DNA of 24,000 nt, taken from NCBI GenBank assembly GCA_020428465.1, contig JAGQMY010000047.1, positions 1-24,000 of the forward strand, given 5' to 3'. This document shows, piece after piece, positions 1-9,300 of this stretch. The notes under the pieces were generated by a model. That model made no database searches and was not told the origin of the DNA. It saw only the letters and a list, made by a program, of their open reading frames with translations. Numbering within the stretch: the stretch's first letter is position 1; each line of letters opens with the position of its first letter. A program made the position numbers and the translations under genes. Source of the DNA: Candidatus Saccharimonadota bacterium (lineage in GTDB: Bacteria > Patescibacteriota > Saccharimonadia > Saccharimonadales > SZUA-47).

Positions 1-165
1 TAAGTATAGTTTTCCAGTACTTTTTAGCAACAAAACCTCCCGTTTCAACCACATATTTATTTTTAGTTTTTTATCTGTTAAATCTGGTTTTTACACATAT
101 TCCACAGGGCTTATTAATACTACTAAATATATAAATAATACTAATACTTTTAAAGGAGCCGTTCT
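1..165. promoter_or_regulatory. dnaN upstream region; possible truncated oriC fragment (DnaA-box-like 9-mers, AT-rich tract) plus dnaN RBS
   Basis: Abutting 9-mers TTTTACACA (89-97) and TATTCCACA (98-106), plus TCAACCACA (45-53), resemble the DnaA box TTATCCACA or relaxed TTWTNCACA. Positions 111-150 are almost pure A/T. AAGGAG at 153-158 lies 7 nt before the dnaN ATG. The window begins inside this region. Confidence 0.3.
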
Positions 166-1263
166 ATGAAGCTAACAGTAATGCAAGAAAACCTAAGCCG
201 AGCCTTATCTACTGTTTCGCGCGTAGCTAGTAGCCGCTCCTCGTTACCCATTCTTTCCAATGTATTACTGAGAACAGAAGGAAACCGCCTGTTCATAGCC
301 GCAACAAACCTAGACATAGCCATTTCCGAAACAGTTGGAGCTAAAATTGACAAAGCTGGCTCAATAACCGTGCCCGCTAGACTAATGCAAGACTTTATTA
401 GTAGCTTACCAGCCGGAAAACTCGAACTTGAGGCTACCGACAATAAGCTTAAAATAACCGCCGAAAGGTTTGACTCAACTATCAATGGAATATCTGCCGA
501 CGACTTCCCTGTTATGCCGACAATAGAGGGAGGATCAGAGCTAGAGTTTGCAACAGCAGAATTTAAACAAACCCTACAACAAGTTTTGTTCGCTGCTTCT
601 ACAGATGAAGCACGCCCCGTACTAACAGGCGTATATGTATTTTCTTCAGAAGATGGAAAGAATCTCTATATTGCTGCTACCGATTCATATAGGTTAGCTG
701 AAAAAACTCTAAAAAAACCAAGCAAAAATATCTCGTTACTTATTCCTGCCCACTCACTCCAAGAGCTTCTAAGAGCAATCAAAGAGGACACAGAGACTAT
801 TAAAATTACATTTGACGAGCAACAAGCAAGATTTAAGATTTCGGACGTAGAGATTGTAACCAGACTTGTCGACGGAAAGTATCCTGACTACAAAAAACTA
901 TTACCAAAGAGCTATGAAACTACCGCAAGTCTATCGAGACAGTCCCTAACGGAAATAACTAAGGTATCGAGTCTTTTTGCACGAGAAGCAGCCGGGAGCA
1001 TAACGTTGGTAATAGACGAGGATAAAAATCAGCTTAGTATATCTTCAATAGCCTCTCAGGTAGGAGAAAACACTGCTACGGCTCAAGCAGAAGTAAACGG
1101 TTCCGCCACGATCACAATGAATTCGAGATACATTCTTGACGCCCTACAAGCCTTTAATGGCGAAAATATCCAAATTAACGTTAATGGCAAGCTCGACCCA
1201 TGTATTTTAACCGACCCCAAAGACAATAGTTACTTACATGTAATAATGCCAGTTAAAAGCTAA
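166..1263 (+). CDS. dnaN: DNA polymerase III beta subunit (sliding clamp)
   Basis: 365 aa. The N-terminus MKLTV..ENLSRAL..VSRVAS.RSSLPILSNVLL...GNRLFIAATNLDIAI and the later ARPVLTGVY....LYIAATDSYRLAE and VDGKYPDY motifs are typical DnaN. Strong SD. recF follows, as in the canonical dnaA-dnaN-recF order. Confidence 0.95.
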   Translation: MKLTVMQENLSRALSTVSRVASSRSSLPILSNVLLRTEGNRLFIAATNLDIAISETVGAKIDKAGSITVPARLMQDFISSLPAGKLELEATDNKLKITAERFDSTINGISADDFPVMPTIEGGSELEFATAEFKQTLQQVLFAASTDEARPVLTGVYVFSSEDGKNLYIAATDSYRLAEKTLKKPSKNISLLIPAHSLQELLRAIKEDTETIKITFDEQQARFKISDVEIVTRLVDGKYPDYKKLLPKSYETTASLSRQSLTEITKVSSLFAREAAGSITLVIDEDKNQLSISSIASQVGENTATAQAEVNGSATITMNSRYILDALQAFNGENIQINVNGKLDPCILTDPKDNSYLHVIMPVKS

Positions 1264-1348
1264 TAAAAAGCTAGCACACCCTTCATTAAAAAGGACTTAA
1301 AAAACACCAAAACTATATGAGGTCAACTTTCTGCTGTAAACTGTAAGT

Positions 1349-2413
1349 ATGTTAAGCGCCCTTGAACTTACCAACATACGCTCTTACAAGAACGCTGTTT
1401 TTGAGTTTAGTGACGGAGTGAACATAGTCGTTGGTCCTAACGCTAGCGGAAAAACCAATTTGCTCGAGTCAATCTACATGTCAACTCGTGGTGGTTCGTT
1501 TAAAAGTGATGACCAAAACATGATTTTTAGGGGTGAAGCATGGGGGCGAATCGATGCAAATTTTATTGATCACAATAGATCAATACGACTACAAAAAGAA
1601 CCGTTTCTAAAGAAGCTTGTTTTTGATGAGGTAGAAAAAAAGCGCATGCCGAGCGATAAACTTTTGCCTGTTGTCTTGTTTGAGCCAGCGCACCTGATAA
1701 TGTTGAGTGGAGAACCCGAGGGGCGCAGAAGCTATTTCGATAACAGCATTTCACAAGCTAATAGCAGATATTCGACAATTCTAAAAAACTACAAAAGAAC
1801 TCTTCAGCAACGCAACAGGTTACTAAAACAAGACAATATTGCCTCCGGACACCTATTTGTGTGGGATTTAAGACTTAGCGAACTGGCCGGCAAAATCGTA
1901 GAAGAAAGAAAGGCTTACTTAGAATTCTTAAACACCCAAATTAGCAACAACTATAGGGCCGTGAGTGGCAACAAGGAAACAATAGTTTTGGTTTATGAAA
2001 CTAAGCTATCCACCGATCAGTATGTTTCACAAATGTTAAACAAGTTAAAAAACGACCTCGAGCTAGACATACGAAGAGGCTTTACTGGCACCGGACCACA
2101 TAGAGACGACTTTATTGTGATGCTCGACGAAAACGATGCTCGCTATAGTGCATCTAGAGGAGAAAACAGAAGTATAATACTGGCACTAAAAATTAGCGAG
2201 CTAAATCTGTATGAAAATAATCCAGAATCTAGTGATATAAAGCCATTGCTACTTTTAGACGATGTGTTTAGTGAGCTAGACGGAAAGAGACGTAAAACAC
2301 TGTCAGCGAGCCTTAGTAAGTACCAGACATTTATAACAACCACCGACGCAGACGTAGCCATGGATTATTTTAGCCAGAACTGCAATATTATTCCGACCAA
2401 TACAACAATATAG
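1349..2413 (+). CDS. recF: DNA replication/repair protein RecF
   Basis: 354 aa. L.L.NIRSY start, Walker A GPNASGKTNLLESIY, SMC-like signature SRGE and Walker B-like LLLLDDVFSELD. Located directly after dnaN. Confidence 0.9.
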   Translation: MLSALELTNIRSYKNAVFEFSDGVNIVVGPNASGKTNLLESIYMSTRGGSFKSDDQNMIFRGEAWGRIDANFIDHNRSIRLQKEPFLKKLVFDEVEKKRMPSDKLLPVVLFEPAHLIMLSGEPEGRRSYFDNSISQANSRYSTILKNYKRTLQQRNRLLKQDNIASGHLFVWDLRLSELAGKIVEERKAYLEFLNTQISNNYRAVSGNKETIVLVYETKLSTDQYVSQMLNKLKNDLELDIRRGFTGTGPHRDDFIVMLDENDARYSASRGENRSIILALKISELNLYENNPESSDIKPLLLLDDVFSELDGKRRKTLSASLSKYQTFITTTDADVAMDYFSQNCNIIPTNTTI

Positions 2414-2417
2414 AAAT

Positions 2418-2996
2418 CTACAAATTTGCCCCTTCTCCCTTAGCGTTCCGTGTCAAAACAACCTCAAACTCAACGTTCTCTTTATTTATACCAAACCCAG
2501 ACAGTATCTTAGCAGCCATATTTTTAGCACTGTCCTCGCTTATCCCCGGCGAAGTCACATTAACAATATAAATAAACTGGCTTTTAGGATATATATCAAA
2601 ACCCTCACCAGATAATGAGTCTTTATCAAGCGCTAAGCCAGGCTTACCAGGCACCTTATAGGTAAAATCGGTTTTAACACTAAGTGTTTGACCTAGTTCA
2701 TCTTTATATCGGGCGGTTATAATATAGTTTTGTCCATGGCTAAGTATGCTTATAGGCTTTAGCTTGACGGTTTCATCAGCAAAAGAAAGTGTAAAATCAA
2801 AACTTGGGGAAGCTGAAATTTTTAAATCTTCAATACTTTTCGCGTGTGGGGTTTTTAAAATTATTTCTTTTATTTCTTCGGCGGGCACCTCAGAAACACT
2901 ACTATTTTTAAGACCGGTTGATATGATGACTAACAAAATTGCACCAACAAGAAGGCTGGCAAGAAGTTGAGGGTTTCGTCGTAGTTTATCTATCAT
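2418..2996 (-). CDS. Hypothetical bitopic membrane protein (N-terminal TM anchor plus ~160-aa extracytoplasmic domain); last gene of the T4SS-like train
   Basis: 192 aa. Hydrophobic segment LLASLLVGAILLVIISTGL after a basic N-terminus. GGAGG lies 8 nt upstream of the ATG. ATGA overlap with the upstream ORF indicates translational coupling. No recognisable catalytic motif. Confidence 0.6.
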   Translation of the reverse strand: MIDKLRRNPQLLASLLVGAILLVIISTGLKNSSVSEVPAEEIKEIILKTPHAKSIEDLKISASPSFDFTLSFADETVKLKPISILSHGQNYIITARYKDELGQTLSVKTDFTYKVPGKPGLALDKDSLSGEGFDIYPKSQFIYIVNVTSPGISEDSAKNMAAKILSGFGINKENVEFEVVLTRNAKGEGANL

Positions 2997-3970
2997 AGTT
3001 TAACCTCCCATAATCCATTTTCTGCTTCCACTAGGAATTGGCCGTTAATTAATTCGTAAACACCTTTTACCTCATGGAACCTTTTCCCGCTAATTGAACT
3101 AATTTCGGAATCCGTATTGTCGGCTGGAATTACTTTTGTTTTTGTAAAACCAAGCTCATCAAAGACGCACAACCTATCATTAAAAGCGAATGTTTTATCT
3201 AGGTTTATGGAAACACTTAAAACGGATTTTGATTCACCGGTAAGCCTATAAACGAGCTCGTTAGCACCATTCCAAACACTAATATATAATGAGTCGCCCA
3301 GCTTCTTTAGCCCATCTATGCCTAAGGGTAATTTCTGGCAGTTTGTAAGTGGCTCTGATGTTAATGTCTGTAAATCACACAAATACCCAGCACCCTCAGA
3401 CAAATCATTATAGGCTATAAAAGTTTTTTGGCCACTTGGTAATACATATATCCCGCCACCATATGGAACACCATCAATTGCAACCGATTCGTGAGTGTTT
3501 ATGTTGTATGTAGTTAATATGCCGTTTTCGTAATCTTCATCACCCACTTCTGGTGATTGTTGGGTACTGTTTTTATAGTAAAGTATTAACTCCGAAGATA
3601 GCCAGATAGGCGACACTAAACAGTCCATTACTTTATCTCTTAGTTCCAGGTTTTCTAAGTTAAAAACATAACAATTATTACCATCGGTTGCTGATAGCTG
3701 TTCTCCGCCAGGATCAAGTCCGATATTGTAGTACTCAAAGTTTTCGTAAGCACTAGTTTCCCCGTTTATTTTTAATAGTAACTTATCCCCCTCTTTATAT
3801 GCGTAAATCCCGCTTGTAGAAACAGCTACGTCTTTATAGTTGTCAGAGATTTTGTTTAAAACCACAGAGTTTTTGCTGAAGAAACGAGTCGCCGAGTATG
3901 CCAATATAACAAGCAACATAAACAACACCAACGTGTATAGAAATTTAGTGATAGTGTTTGATCTTCTCAT
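2993..3970 (-). CDS. Hypothetical bitopic membrane protein, possibly beta-propeller-like ectodomain
   Basis: The track ORF runs to 4003 but that start is GTG with no SD. The ATG at 3970 gives MRRSNTITKFLYTLVLFMLLVILAYSA, a positive-inside TM anchor, with GAGAG 7 nt upstream. Recurrent short beta-strand-like blocks (IYAYKEGDKLLL, CYVFNLENL, LILYYKN, IYVLPSGQKTFIAY, LYISVWNG) hint at a repeat or propeller fold. Confidence 0.55.
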   Translation of the reverse strand: MRRSNTITKFLYTLVLFMLLVILAYSATRFFSKNSVVLNKISDNYKDVAVSTSGIYAYKEGDKLLLKINGETSAYENFEYYNIGLDPGGEQLSATDGNNCYVFNLENLELRDKVMDCLVSPIWLSSELILYYKNSTQQSPEVGDEDYENGILTTYNINTHESVAIDGVPYGGGIYVLPSGQKTFIAYNDLSEGAGYLCDLQTLTSEPLTNCQKLPLGIDGLKKLGDSLYISVWNGANELVYRLTGESKSVLSVSINLDKTFAFNDRLCVFDELGFTKTKVIPADNTDSEISSISGKRFHEVKGVYELINGQFLVEAENGLWEVKL

Positions 3971-3989
3971 ATATTTACTCTCAGCTTCA

Positions 3990-5720
3990 TTAATATGCTC
4001 CACTCGGAACCGGCTTTACAAGATTTTCATTTAGAAGACTAACGACAGCGTCTGCGTGTTTGTCGAAATATTCAAAAGATTTATCGCTTGAAGCTTCGAC
4101 TAACAATGCCGGTGTACTAGTCTTGTAGTTATACCAGGCTTCGAAAAACCCAGGTCCACTATTCGGACTAGAGGGTTGATTAGTTATTTGAGAATACCGC
4201 AGTGCAAGACTACCGGATTCTGAGTTATTTGGTCCAGAAAAATATACTATATTTGTATTGCTGTGATAACTCAACACAAGACTAGCCTTACCTATACTTA
4301 GTAAAAAGCTTTGAATAGCTTGAGTTTCTGGCTCGCTTGCTGGGCTGGGGCCCTTACAATTGGGACCATCGGCGGGATTTTTTGTACAATCAGCTTGGTC
4401 CCATTTGTAGTCAAAGTTACGATTTAAGTTTACCCCGTTCTTATTAACTCTTCCGGGCGTGTTTTCGTCTGTCAAGCCCGCCCCATTTATTACTGGGATA
4501 GCAATGATTCGGACGTCGGGTGGAAGCTGTTTGTTGTACAAAAGTTCATGTGCTACTATTTGCCCTGCCTCTTCACCACCCGCGTGGATTGTGGCGCCAA
4601 CCACGACAGTCCTAATAGTTGTTTGGCCCGGACATGCATCTCTGATGTAAACGTTTATGTCTTGACCCGCACTATTCTTACCAATAGTCCCTGTTGGCTC
4701 GAGCTCAGACCAGTCAACTCCAACGCCTAGTCTAGTTAGGGTGTGTTGAGTACCTTCACAAGGGATTGCTGAGCCAGTAACTTCGAGATTTCCAAAGCCA
4801 TTACCACTAGATCCAGAACCGCATGCTAAACTATCGCCAGCTAGCTCGACAATAGCATTTATAGTTTCGGTTACGTTATTAAAGTACACGGTATTGTTCT
4901 CTACCCCAGAATACTTAGAAACATATCGTAGTAGATCACCGTTTGCAAATTCGTAGGACAATGAATTTTTAACTGCATCAAACCAACTATATTCACCGTT
5001 TAAACTATTTTCCCAGCTCGACCACTGGTAGACGGACCAAATCTTGTCAGCGCTTGATTGATAGTAGTATACAGTAGGCTGTCCTTTGCCCGCTGTAACA
5101 CCGAATGCATTGTATGAAGAAACTTTTTGTGTGGTGTCCTGTGGACTGGATGATGCCGCCTCACTAGTGGCATAGGTGTTCCATGCCCAACTATCGTTGG
5201 GTCCGGCGACTAGCATGCTGTTTTCTTGTTTCAGCTGAGCAACTGCAAGCATAGGGTTTATCCCACTAGCTGCTCCACCATCTACAAAAGCTTGTCCTAG
5301 GCCCTGAAAAGGTGACGTTTTACTTCCTACGTAGTCGTCTATGTATTGATTGATTGCGGAAGCAAAGCCACCGATACTGTTTATCGTAGGTAAATCTATG
5401 CCTAAGCAACTACTCGAGCCGGATACTCCCGAAGTCTGATTGGGCGTATATGGGTTGAAATAATACGCACCTTGTTTAATGAGCGACTTCACGCAACTAC
5501 TATAGCTTTGTGCATTTACGCGCTCGCAGTAACTATTAATTACTCCGTCTTGTGCTTGACTTATACTTCCGAAAATCATAATAAAACTTACCAGGAGTAA
5601 AAAATAAATATGTAATTTTCGCACAAACAAATAAGCATTGACATAAGACAAAGATGCAAAACTCGACGACACGGTAGTCTCTTCCGCTACCATTGCTCTT
5701 AATCTGGACAAGATAATCAT
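3990..5720 (-). CDS. Secreted or membrane-anchored bifunctional peptidoglycan hydrolase candidate: GH73/FlgJ-type glucosaminidase-like N-domain plus M14 zinc carboxypeptidase-like C-domain
   Basis: 576 aa. Hydrophobic signal/anchor HIYFLLLVSFIMIFGSISQAQ. GINPMLAVAQLKQENS...YNAFGV (about nt 5221-5265) resembles the AQAALESGWG...NNLFGIK pattern of glucosaminidase domains. IHAGGEEAG (His near nt 4584), GVNLNRNFDYKW (nt 4414-4432) and LSYHSNT (nt ~4261-4275) match the M14 HxxE / NRNF / distal-His layout. The start is supported by an ATGA overlap and GGAG 9 nt upstream. Confidence 0.6.
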   Translation of the reverse strand: MIILSRLRAMVAEETTVSSSFASLSYVNAYLFVRKLHIYFLLLVSFIMIFGSISQAQDGVINSYCERVNAQSYSSCVKSLIKQGAYYFNPYTPNQTSGVSGSSSCLGIDLPTINSIGGFASAINQYIDDYVGSKTSPFQGLGQAFVDGGAASGINPMLAVAQLKQENSMLVAGPNDSWAWNTYATSEAASSSPQDTTQKVSSYNAFGVTAGKGQPTVYYYQSSADKIWSVYQWSSWENSLNGEYSWFDAVKNSLSYEFANGDLLRYVSKYSGVENNTVYFNNVTETINAIVELAGDSLACGSGSSGNGFGNLEVTGSAIPCEGTQHTLTRLGVGVDWSELEPTGTIGKNSAGQDINVYIRDACPGQTTIRTVVVGATIHAGGEEAGQIVAHELLYNKQLPPDVRIIAIPVINGAGLTDENTPGRVNKNGVNLNRNFDYKWDQADCTKNPADGPNCKGPSPASEPETQAIQSFLLSIGKASLVLSYHSNTNIVYFSGPNNSESGSLALRYSQITNQPSSPNSGPGFFEAWYNYKTSTPALLVEASSDKSFEYFDKHADAVVSLLNENLVKPVPSGAY

Positions 5721-6349
5721 TGGCTAGCTCCAAAAAGTACGTCAATAATATTTTGAGGTACCCCCAAGTTTACTAGAGACTCCGTGTCAAAGTAACTTCC
5801 GGAAAACAAAATGTCCCAACTGTTATTTCTTAGCCTAGCCAATACTACCTCGCCCTCAACACCTGGACGCGAGCTAAATAATCTACCGGTTGCCCATTCA
5901 TTTTCAATAATTTTGACATTTTTTAAACGATAGCCACCACTAAGTGTGATGACTGAATTTTTTGAGCTTAAAACATCAACCAAATCAGATTCTGTCGATG
6001 TTTTTTTATTAGTAAAGGCAACAGTGCTTTCTACCACTGCATCTTTGTATGTTGTTATGTTTAAGTTTATATCATCAAAATCGGCACTCCTTAAAGTATA
6101 GCTTGCATTACCCAGCGGCAGTCCAACCGCTGCTCCACTTACCGAAATTGATGAGATTAATTGTTCATTACTATCTAATAAATTAATAGGAGAAGCATTC
6201 TCGGGTGTGTAATATAGCCTAAAGTACCCTAAGTTTACATTTGTATCATTACCATTGTTTTTATCATGTTTAACGGAACTCAAATACGAGAATGCAACAA
6301 CAAGCAAAATCGCCACTAACGGCACTATCAATAACTTAATCGTTCGCAT
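5717..6349 (-). CDS. Hypothetical bitopic membrane protein (VirB8-like role possible, unproven)
   Basis: The track ORF starts at 6385, overlapping the upstream gene by 34 nt. The ATG at 6349 gives MRTIKLLIVPLVAILLVVAFSYL, has AGGAG ~10 nt upstream and lies 2 nt after the upstream TAA. Single N-terminal TM plus ~180-aa ectodomain, with no catalytic motif. Confidence 0.6.
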   Translation of the reverse strand: MRTIKLLIVPLVAILLVVAFSYLSSVKHDKNNGNDTNVNLGYFRLYYTPENASPINLLDSNEQLISSISVSGAAVGLPLGNASYTLRSADFDDINLNITTYKDAVVESTVAFTNKKTSTESDLVDVLSSKNSVITLSGGYRLKNVKIIENEWATGRLFSSRPGVEGEVVLARLRNNSWDILFSGSYFDTESLVNLGVPQNIIDVLFGASQ

Positions 6350-6351
6350 GG

Positions 6352-9300
6352 TTACGGCACTCCTGGACCTATGTATCGAGACCAACCACCAGGGTAATCC
6401 GACAGATTACTACTAGTAAACCTAACCGGCTTTCCCCAGGTATTAGTTTCGTAAACTATAATATTGCCACTGGCGTCGGGACTTGAAGCTGCAATGGCAA
6501 CATGTCCACCGGCTGGATTTGACTCGTCGCTATTACATCCAAAACTAATTGTCAAAAAATCTCCGGGGATTATCTCATTTTGATTAACGTGCTCGAATAA
6601 ATCTGGTCTTTGTTGAGATGTCCAGTTCCCTGAGCATCCGACACCTTGATAGTTATATGCTTTAAAAAGCGCAACAGAAGCAAGACCGCTACATTCAAGT
6701 AAGTTATTGGGGCTCAATCCTTCGCTTCTACTTTGTAACCATGATTGTGGTGCTCCGCCATAATTTGAAGATGATGCTGTAAATCCATAAATTTGATTTG
6801 CCGCCACCCCGGAATAGGTGCCATATCCGTTGCCATAGAATGTACCGTCAAACTCCATCGCTGTACATAAAATTCTTTCTGTGTCTGTAACCCCAGATAG
6901 ACATTTTTGTTTAATTTTTAAACAATTATCTTTAATATCCTGACTGTAACTTCTAATGTTAAAGTTATCGGGTGAAAGAACTTCAGTGTATCCATCGCAA
7001 TTTACAATTCTGCCTCCCGCTGTCGAGCTACCTGAGGGTAACGCTATATTATCTAGAAGGTACTGAACCTTTTTTATGTATCCGTCTATTGTGTGATGTA
7101 CGCTATCAGCAAACTCTACATCATCACCGGTGTCCGGTGTAGTTTTTGCATTCTTTACGTATCCATTCCAATCTAGCAATATGATATTTTGACTATCTTG
7201 AAATTGAGAAATTACATCCTCAATTATTGCATTCCTGTCTTCTAGGTTTGAATTGTTATCGGATGACACCAAATTAACGACATAAACGAAAGAATTAGGT
7301 GAAATTTGTTTAATTTGTTTTATCAATTCTGCAAATTTTTCTCTAAAAAGATTCTGGTCAACGTTGCCGCTTGCGTCTACTTCAAGCCTGTTAGTGCCAA
7401 GTCCAACAACAAATGTCCCGGTTTGATTACTCTGTATAATCTGAGTATCGTTTGATAGTGCAGTAATGCCATCAACAATTGTTTCGGAAGGACAGGTTGA
7501 ACCATCACCCGTAATAGGCCCCTGAGTCTGAAATACTGCACGACATCCTTGTGCATTTACTGTGCTTTGCCATCCATGCCCATCAAAAGTTCTTGCAAGA
7601 TAGTTTTTTTCCGGATCGCTACCAGCTAAAGTTTGCATACCCTTAGTTAAAGAGTCTCCCAAAAAATAGATTTGGTTATTAACTGGCGCATCTTCTGGAG
7701 CAGTAAACTCAGACGTCTGAAGCCCAATTTCCGAACAAGATGAATCGTCTCCTTCGCCACATCCTAAACCTAATTCTGTAACTCTATCTGCTAGGTATAA
7801 TCTATAGCGAAGCTGGTCGTCTGTTTTATTGTTGCAATCGGATGAAGTTACGTCATATCTTTCTCTGTCATTATCCACTACGTTAAGTGTTACAGGATCT
7901 ATCTTTTTAGGGAAACATGACCCAAACCTATCATCGAAAGACTGAATATCCGACTCAACAACGTTGGCATTTTCTAATGGATCATCGGCTATCTGACTAT
8001 TTTGTTCAGTTAATGTAAATCCATATTTAGGAAAACCATAGTCAAAGGTATAGTCAGCGGCACTGGCTTTTGTGGTCAAAAAATTAAGTGAATTAAGAGG
8101 GTTTTGAAGTACCAAGCCACCAAATCCCTTCAAATTCATTGGCGTGCTCATTGAAACCCGAGCAACCAAAGAGTCAACATTACTTATGTCAAAATATCTC
8201 TCATAAAGACTTTTTGATTTGTTGTCTAGGGCAATTGTTTGCATCTGGTCTGCGACTAAGGCCTGTTCGTCGCTTTCAGACATTTCTGAACCACCAAAAG
8301 CAAATGATGCCATGTTTGAGGCTATCCTAGCTCCATACATAAGATAATTTCCAAGTTCAGCCCCGACTGCGTATAGATTAATACCTGAACCCGCCAATAT
8401 GTCAACTAACTTTCCTGCAAGCTGATCAGGTGAGAGACCCAAAGGACCGAGAATTGCATTTAGCCCCGCCTGTGATGCTTCGCCTATTTGCTTAAGAACT
8501 GGAAGTCCACCGATAAAATCCTGAACACTACAAATTGTTCCTAATAGCGGAATGTCATCTATTGCCCTGAAAAAGGCTGGCTTCTCGCCTAACTTGCCTG
8601 GCTTTAACTCACTATCTAAATCGGGTCCAGAATCTACACCATTTAGTGATTTTTGAAACGGCTGAGCCATAATTGCATCGGAATTGTTAAGCACATCAAA
8701 TAAATCTTGAGAATAGACCCCAATCTCATCGCTGCTGACATCTTCTCCTGACATTATTTGTGCCCCAAGGGACATGTATGAAGTTGCAACTCTAGCCATG
8801 GGTAAAATTACGTTGGTGTACTGTAAAATTTCCGCTGCATTTCCAAGAGCCTTGACTCCGCATAAAAGAGCAGCGGCTGCTGCTGCGCTTCCGGCGATTC
8901 TACCCGCCACCTTTAGTTTGGCGGCTGCCTTATCGGATATAAAGCTTGGTTTAAGACGATTTTTTTCAGCGGTTTGTGCTACTTCTTCAGCGATATCGTT
9001 TGCTTCGCCAGCAGCAATACTTTCTGGCGTGGTGTCCGGTGTAGTATCAATGTTCCCGTCCCCGTTTGTATCGGTGCCGGTTTTTGGTAGATTAACATCC
9101 GTACTACCATTTGCTACTCTCGCAGCTCTATCTTCTTTGAACTTTAACGCCCACTCAACGAACCTATCGGTCGCCGCTCTTCTCACACTTTGTAACGGAT
9201 GAAGGATATGAAAATCCATCCCGCCATATTTTATTAACAAACGACTTGCTAACTTATCTGGGACACCTTCTATTTCAGCGCCTGCAGTTACAACACGCGC

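Noticed and set aside
3971-4003. GTG start at 4003 for the 336-aa ORF, and the ATG at 6385 for the 222-aa ORF.
   Set aside because: Both extended starts lack an SD and overlap the preceding gene by 14 and 34 nt. Internal ATGs at 3970 and 6349 have SD-like motifs at proper spacing and give canonical positive-inside TM anchors. The extended forms remain possible.
8774-9202. Antisense ORFs nested inside long, well-supported genes. Examples: 8774-9202 +, 10376-10795 +, 10892-11437 +, 13501-13776 +, 13783-14034 +, 19067-19528 -, 20759-21079 -, 21847-22152 -, 150-485 -, 2143-2361 -.
   Set aside because: Each lies wholly opposite a CDS with clear family motifs or strong operon context. They have no SD or spacer of their own and translate to low-complexity or Ser/Leu/Ala-rich strings typical of shadow ORFs.
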